From: Oscillospiraceae bacterium
GTDB lineage: Bacteria; Bacillota_I; Bacilli_A; RFN20; CAG-826
Length of the DNA: 44,024 bases
Direction: 5' to 3'
Assembly: GCA_963647095.1 (NCBI GenBank)
Contig: CAVIYC010000001.1
Coordinates: 1 to 44,024 of the forward strand
Positions 40,870-44,024 of this stretch are shown here, piece by piece; position 1 is the stretch's first letter, and every line of letters starts with the position of its first letter. Position numbers and translations under genes: made by a program. Under the pieces are notes generated by a model. That model was not told the DNA's origin and ran no database searches. It saw only the letters and a list, made by a program, of their open reading frames with translations.

Positions 40870-42934
40870 GAACGAGGAACTGCTTCAGGCGGCGGCCGAA
40901 AGCGGGGTCTCCAAACTCTCATTGGAAGAAGAAGACAAATTCCAATACGAAAACCTCAAGCTAGGCGGAGATCAAAAGATAGAAAAAGCCAACGCTGAGT
41001 ACACCGCCGAAAACATCCAGGTTTTGGAGGGTCTCGAGGCTGTCAGGAAGCGTCCTGGCATGTACATCGGAACCACGGCCGGACCCGGTTTGCACCACTT
41101 GGTTTGGGAAATAGTCGACAACTCCATCGACGAAGCTTTGGCTGGCTATTGCACCCACATCGAAGTGTCCATCAACCCCGACAATTCCATCACCGTTTCG
41201 GACGATGGCCGCGGCATTCCCGTCGACATCGTCAAAAAATCCGGTTTATCTGGCGTCGAAACGGCTTATACCATCCTTCACGCCGGCGGAAAATTCGGCG
41301 AAGGCGGCGGCTATAAAGTCTCCGGCGGCTTGCACGGCGTCGGCGCTTCGGTCGTCAACGCCTTGTCTTCCAAGTGCGAAGTCACCGTCAAAAAGAACGG
41401 CGGCGTCTATTTCGTCGAATTCGAAAACGGCGGGCATATCAAAAACCATTTGAAGAGAATCGGCGATTGCCCCGAAAGCGAACACGGAACCTCCGTTTCC
41501 TTCTTGCCGGACCCCGAAATATTCACCGAGACCACGGTTTTCAACTTCGAAACCATCAAGAACCATTTGCGTCAAATGGCCTTCCTTAACGGCGGCGTGA
41601 AAATCTCTCTGACCGACTTGCGTCCGGAAGCCCCCGTTACCGAAACGTTCCAATTCGACGGCGGAATCAGAGAATACGTCACCTTCATCAATTCCCACAA
41701 ACTTCCGGTGAATACCGAAGCCATCTATTGCTCCGGCGCCGAAGAAGTCACCTTGATCAACGGCACCAAAGAAAAGATCCACGCCGAAATCGCCTTGCAA
41801 TGGACTGATAGCTATAGCACCGACGGCGTTTATAGCTTCTGCAACAACATTTCCACCAAAGAAGGCGGAACCCACGTCGAGGGCTTTAATTTGGCTTTGA
41901 ACAGAACCATCAACGACTACGCCCGCTCCTTCAAGCTGTTGGACGAAAAAGATTCCAACTTCTCCACGGACGACTGCCGCGAAGGCTTGACTTGCGTCAT
42001 CTCCGTCAAACACCCGAACCCCCAATACGAAGGACAGACCAAAACCAAACTCGGAAACTCCGAAGTCAGAAAGATCGTCTCCACGATCGTGGGCGCCCAA
42101 TTGAAGGATTATTTCCTCGAGCACCCGAGCGAAGCCAAAGCCATCATCGAAAAGGTTCGCTTGGCCAACAAGAGCCGCATCGCCGCTCAAGTCGCTCGCG
42201 AAAAGACCAGAAAATCCCCACTCGATATCACCACCCTTCCGGGAAAATTGGCGGATTGCTCCTCCAAAGACCCGGCCAAGTGCGAGCTTTACATCGTTGA
42301 GGGTAACTCAGCCGGCGGCTCTGCCAAAAACGGCCGCGACCGCGAAACCCAAGCCATCCTTCCTTTGCGCGGCAAGATCTTGAACGTCGAGAAAGCCAGG
42401 GAAGAGAGAATCTTCAAGAACGCCGAAATCGGCAACATGATCACCGCCATCGGAGCCGGAATCAGAGACAACTTCGACGTTTCCAAAATCCGTTACCACA
42501 AAATCGTCATCATGACCGATGCCGACGTCGACGGCGACCACATCAGAATCTTGCTATTGACCTTCTTCTATAGGTTCATGAGACCGCTCGTAGACCAAGG
42601 CTACATCTACATCGCCCAACCCCCTCTTTATAAGATTGAATACAAAGGCCAGCCGTATTACGCCTACAACGACGAACAGTTGGAGAAGCTAAAGAAACAG
42701 CTGAACCTCAAGGCCGGATATCCGTTCCAGCGTTATAAAGGTCTTGGCGAAATGGACGCCCAACAACTTTGGGAAACCACCATGGATCCGAACGCCAGAA
42801 AGATGATCCGCATCACCAACGAAGACGCGGCCGAAGCCGAAAAAGCCTTCACCGATTTGATGGGAGACGAAGTCGAGCCCCGCAAGGTCTTCATCTCCGA
42901 GAACGCCAAGTTCGTTCAAAACCTCGATATCTAA
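40856..42934 (+). CDS. gyrB: DNA gyrase subunit B
   Basis: ATG 40856 is preceded by AAGGAGGA. Motifs: IQVLEGLEAVRKRPGMYIG, GHKL ATPase motifs, Toprim EGNSAGGSAK and PLRGKILNVEKA, and DADVDGDHI. The ORF-track start at 40829 is an extension inside recF. Confidence 0.97.
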   Translation: MADNKNEELLQAAAESGVSKLSLEEEDKFQYENLKLGGDQKIEKANAEYTAENIQVLEGLEAVRKRPGMYIGTTAGPGLHHLVWEIVDNSIDEALAGYCTHIEVSINPDNSITVSDDGRGIPVDIVKKSGLSGVETAYTILHAGGKFGEGGGYKVSGGLHGVGASVVNALSSKCEVTVKKNGGVYFVEFENGGHIKNHLKRIGDCPESEHGTSVSFLPDPEIFTETTVFNFETIKNHLRQMAFLNGGVKISLTDLRPEAPVTETFQFDGGIREYVTFINSHKLPVNTEAIYCSGAEEVTLINGTKEKIHAEIALQWTDSYSTDGVYSFCNNISTKEGGTHVEGFNLALNRTINDYARSFKLLDEKDSNFSTDDCREGLTCVISVKHPNPQYEGQTKTKLGNSEVRKIVSTIVGAQLKDYFLEHPSEAKAIIEKVRLANKSRIAAQVAREKTRKSPLDITTLPGKLADCSSKDPAKCELYIVEGNSAGGSAKNGRDRETQAILPLRGKILNVEKAREERIFKNAEIGNMITAIGAGIRDNFDVSKIRYHKIVIMTDADVDGDHIRILLLTFFYRFMRPLVDQGYIYIAQPPLYKIEYKGQPYYAYNDEQLEKLKKQLNLKAGYPFQRYKGLGEMDAQQLWETTMDPNARKMIRITNEDAAEAEKAFTDLMGDEVEPRKVFISENAKFVQNLDI

Positions 42935-42949
42935 CGAAAGGAGCAGAAA

Positions 42950-44024
42950 ATGGAAAACGAAGAAAAGAAAATCCAAGACGCGACCGAAGAGTCCGTCAAT
43001 GACGAAGTCGACACTTCTGCTACCGCCGGCATCGTCGCCGGTTTGATCGAAAGAGACGTCACGGACGAAGTCAAAACCGCCTTCTTGTCCTACTCGATGT
43101 CGGTCATCGTATCTCGTGCCATCCCTGATGTCAGAGACGGTTTGAAACCCGTTCAGCGCCGAATAATCTACGGCATGGACGAATCGGGAATGCAACCCAA
43201 CAAACCTTATAAGAAATCCGCCCGTATCGTCGGCGACGTCATGGGTAAATACCACCCTCACGGCGATAGCGCCCTTTATCTCACTTTGGTACGTTTGGCC
43301 CAGCCCTTCTCCTTGCGTTATACCTTGGTAGACGGACACGGAAACTTCGGCTCCATCGACGGAGACGAACCGGCCGCCATGCGTTATACCGAAGCCAGAA
43401 TGAACAAATTGGCGGTGGAAATGGTCCGCGACATCGACCAGAACGCCGTTGATTTCATCGATAACTACGACGGCACCGAGAAAGAGCCGGCCGTATTGCC
43501 GTCCCGTTTCCCGAACTTGATCGTCAACGGTTCCGAAGGCATCGCCGTCGGCATGGCCACCAACATGGCTCCGCACAACTTGACCGAAACCATCAACGCC
43601 ACCATTGCCTTGGCCAAGAATCCGGAACTCACCCCCGCCGAAATCATGGCCAATTACCTTTCCGGCCCCGACTTCCCTACCGGAGGCACCATTTTGGGCC
43701 GCAAAGGAATTTTGGACGCCTATACCACCGGCACCGGATCCATCACCATCCGTTCCAAGTACCATATCGAAGATATGGATAACGGCAAATCCAGAATCAT
43801 CGTCACCGAAATCCCCTATCAGGTAAACAAAGCCTCGATGATCGAAAACATCGCCCAATTGGTCCGCGACAAAGAAATCGAAGGCATCACCGACATCCGC
43901 GACGAATCCAACAAAGAAGGCATCCGCGTCGTCATCGAAATCAGACGCGATTGCATCCCTGAAGTCGTCGCCAACAACCTCTTGAAGAGAACCCAATTGC
44001 AGATCAACTTCGGCGTCATCAACC
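42950..44024 (+). CDS. gyrA: DNA gyrase subunit A (N-terminal 358 codons; continues beyond the window)
   Basis: Absent from the ORF track because no stop falls in the window. My translation is [15 protein letters not shown]...[32 protein letters not shown]...[16 protein letters not shown]...[14 protein letters not shown] Shine-Dalgarno lies 8 nt upstream. Confidence 0.97.
   Translation, partial: MENEEKKIQDATEESVNDEVDTSATAGIVAGLIERDVTDEVKTAFLSYSMSVIVSRAIPDVRDGLKPVQRRIIYGMDESGMQPNKPYKKSARIVGDVMGKYHPHGDSALYLTLVRLAQPFSLRYTLVDGHGNFGSIDGDEPAAMRYTEARMNKLAVEMVRDIDQNAVDFIDNYDGTEKEPAVLPSRFPNLIVNGSEGIAVGMATNMAPHNLTETINATIALAKNPELTPAEIMANYLSGPDFPTGGTILGRKGILDAYTTGTGSITIRSKYHIEDMDNGKSRIIVTEIPYQVNKASMIENIAQLVRDKEIEGITDIRDESNKEGIRVVIEIRRDCIPEVVANNLLKRTQLQINFGVIN

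Noticed and set aside
41246-42190. 314-aa minus-strand ORF inside gyrB. Similar cases are 38531-39310 and 38710-39267 in dnaN, and 37281-37850 in dnaA.
   Set aside because: All are antisense shadows of highly conserved genes. They have no Shine-Dalgarno sequence or promoter and show the same G/V/D/F-rich composition.
42689-43996. 435-aa minus-strand ORF covering most of the gyrA region.
   Set aside because: It is exactly antisense to an unmistakable gyrA reading frame. Its translation is a G/D/V/F-rich low-information sequence. It is a stop-free artefact of the C-ending codon bias of gyrA.
1-44024. Search for tRNA, rRNA, SRP RNA (often upstream of dnaX), riboswitch or T-box leaders, CRISPR arrays, IS elements and prophage genes.
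   Set aside because: No GTTCGAATC-type T-arm motifs or cloverleaf candidates were seen. Apart from the rpmH-dnaA oriC spacer, all non-coding gaps are under 135 nt and are accounted for by promoters, terminators and oriC. There are no direct-repeat/spacer arrays and no transposase- or integrase-like ORFs.

Overview
This window is the replication-origin neighbourhood of a compact Bacillota/Mycoplasmatota-like genome. It uses the standard genetic code: TGA serves as a stop in recR, yidC, tsaC and others.

**Core layout**
- The right side holds rpmH-rnpA-yidC-jag-mnmE on the minus strand, then a DnaA-box cluster, then dnaA-dnaN-yaaA-recF-gyrB-gyrA on the plus strand. This places a bipartite oriC at about 36.4-38.4 kb.
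- Left of oriC, mostly on the minus strand, are tatD-rnmV-rsmA-ispE, ruvX, prfA-prmC-tsaC-rpiB and comFA-comFC.
- A plus-strand (head-on) block carries dnaX-ybaB-recR-tmk-holB-ricT-rsmI.
- Packing is very tight. ATGA/TAATG overlaps are frequent, and two convergent gene pairs overlap at their stop codons.
- I found no rRNA, tRNA, CRISPR array, transposase or integrase.

**Accessory content**
- An overlapping operon encodes a RluA-family pseudouridine synthase, a fused double-DUF1538 membrane protein, a tandem PII-like protein and a 1110-aa YfhO-like membrane protein.
- A GH2 glycosidase, a HAD phosphatase and a patatin-like lipase form a co-directional cluster.
- An hsp20 gene sits behind a promoter embedded in two CIRCE operators.
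- A small islet encodes a 106-aa unknown protein, a 4-TM protein and an M6-like metalloprotease lipoprotein.
- A 500-aa protein joins an N-terminal PIN nuclease domain to long Lys/Glu/Pro-rich, histone-H1-like tracts.
- A 694-aa O-antigen-ligase-like membrane protein is also present.

**Best candidates for something undescribed**
- The DUF1538-PII-YfhO module.
- The PIN/KEP-rich protein.
- A recurring leaderless-type promoter architecture: a -10 hexamer 5-10 nt upstream of an ATG with no Shine-Dalgarno sequence.

All product calls come from motif recognition by eye. No database search was run.
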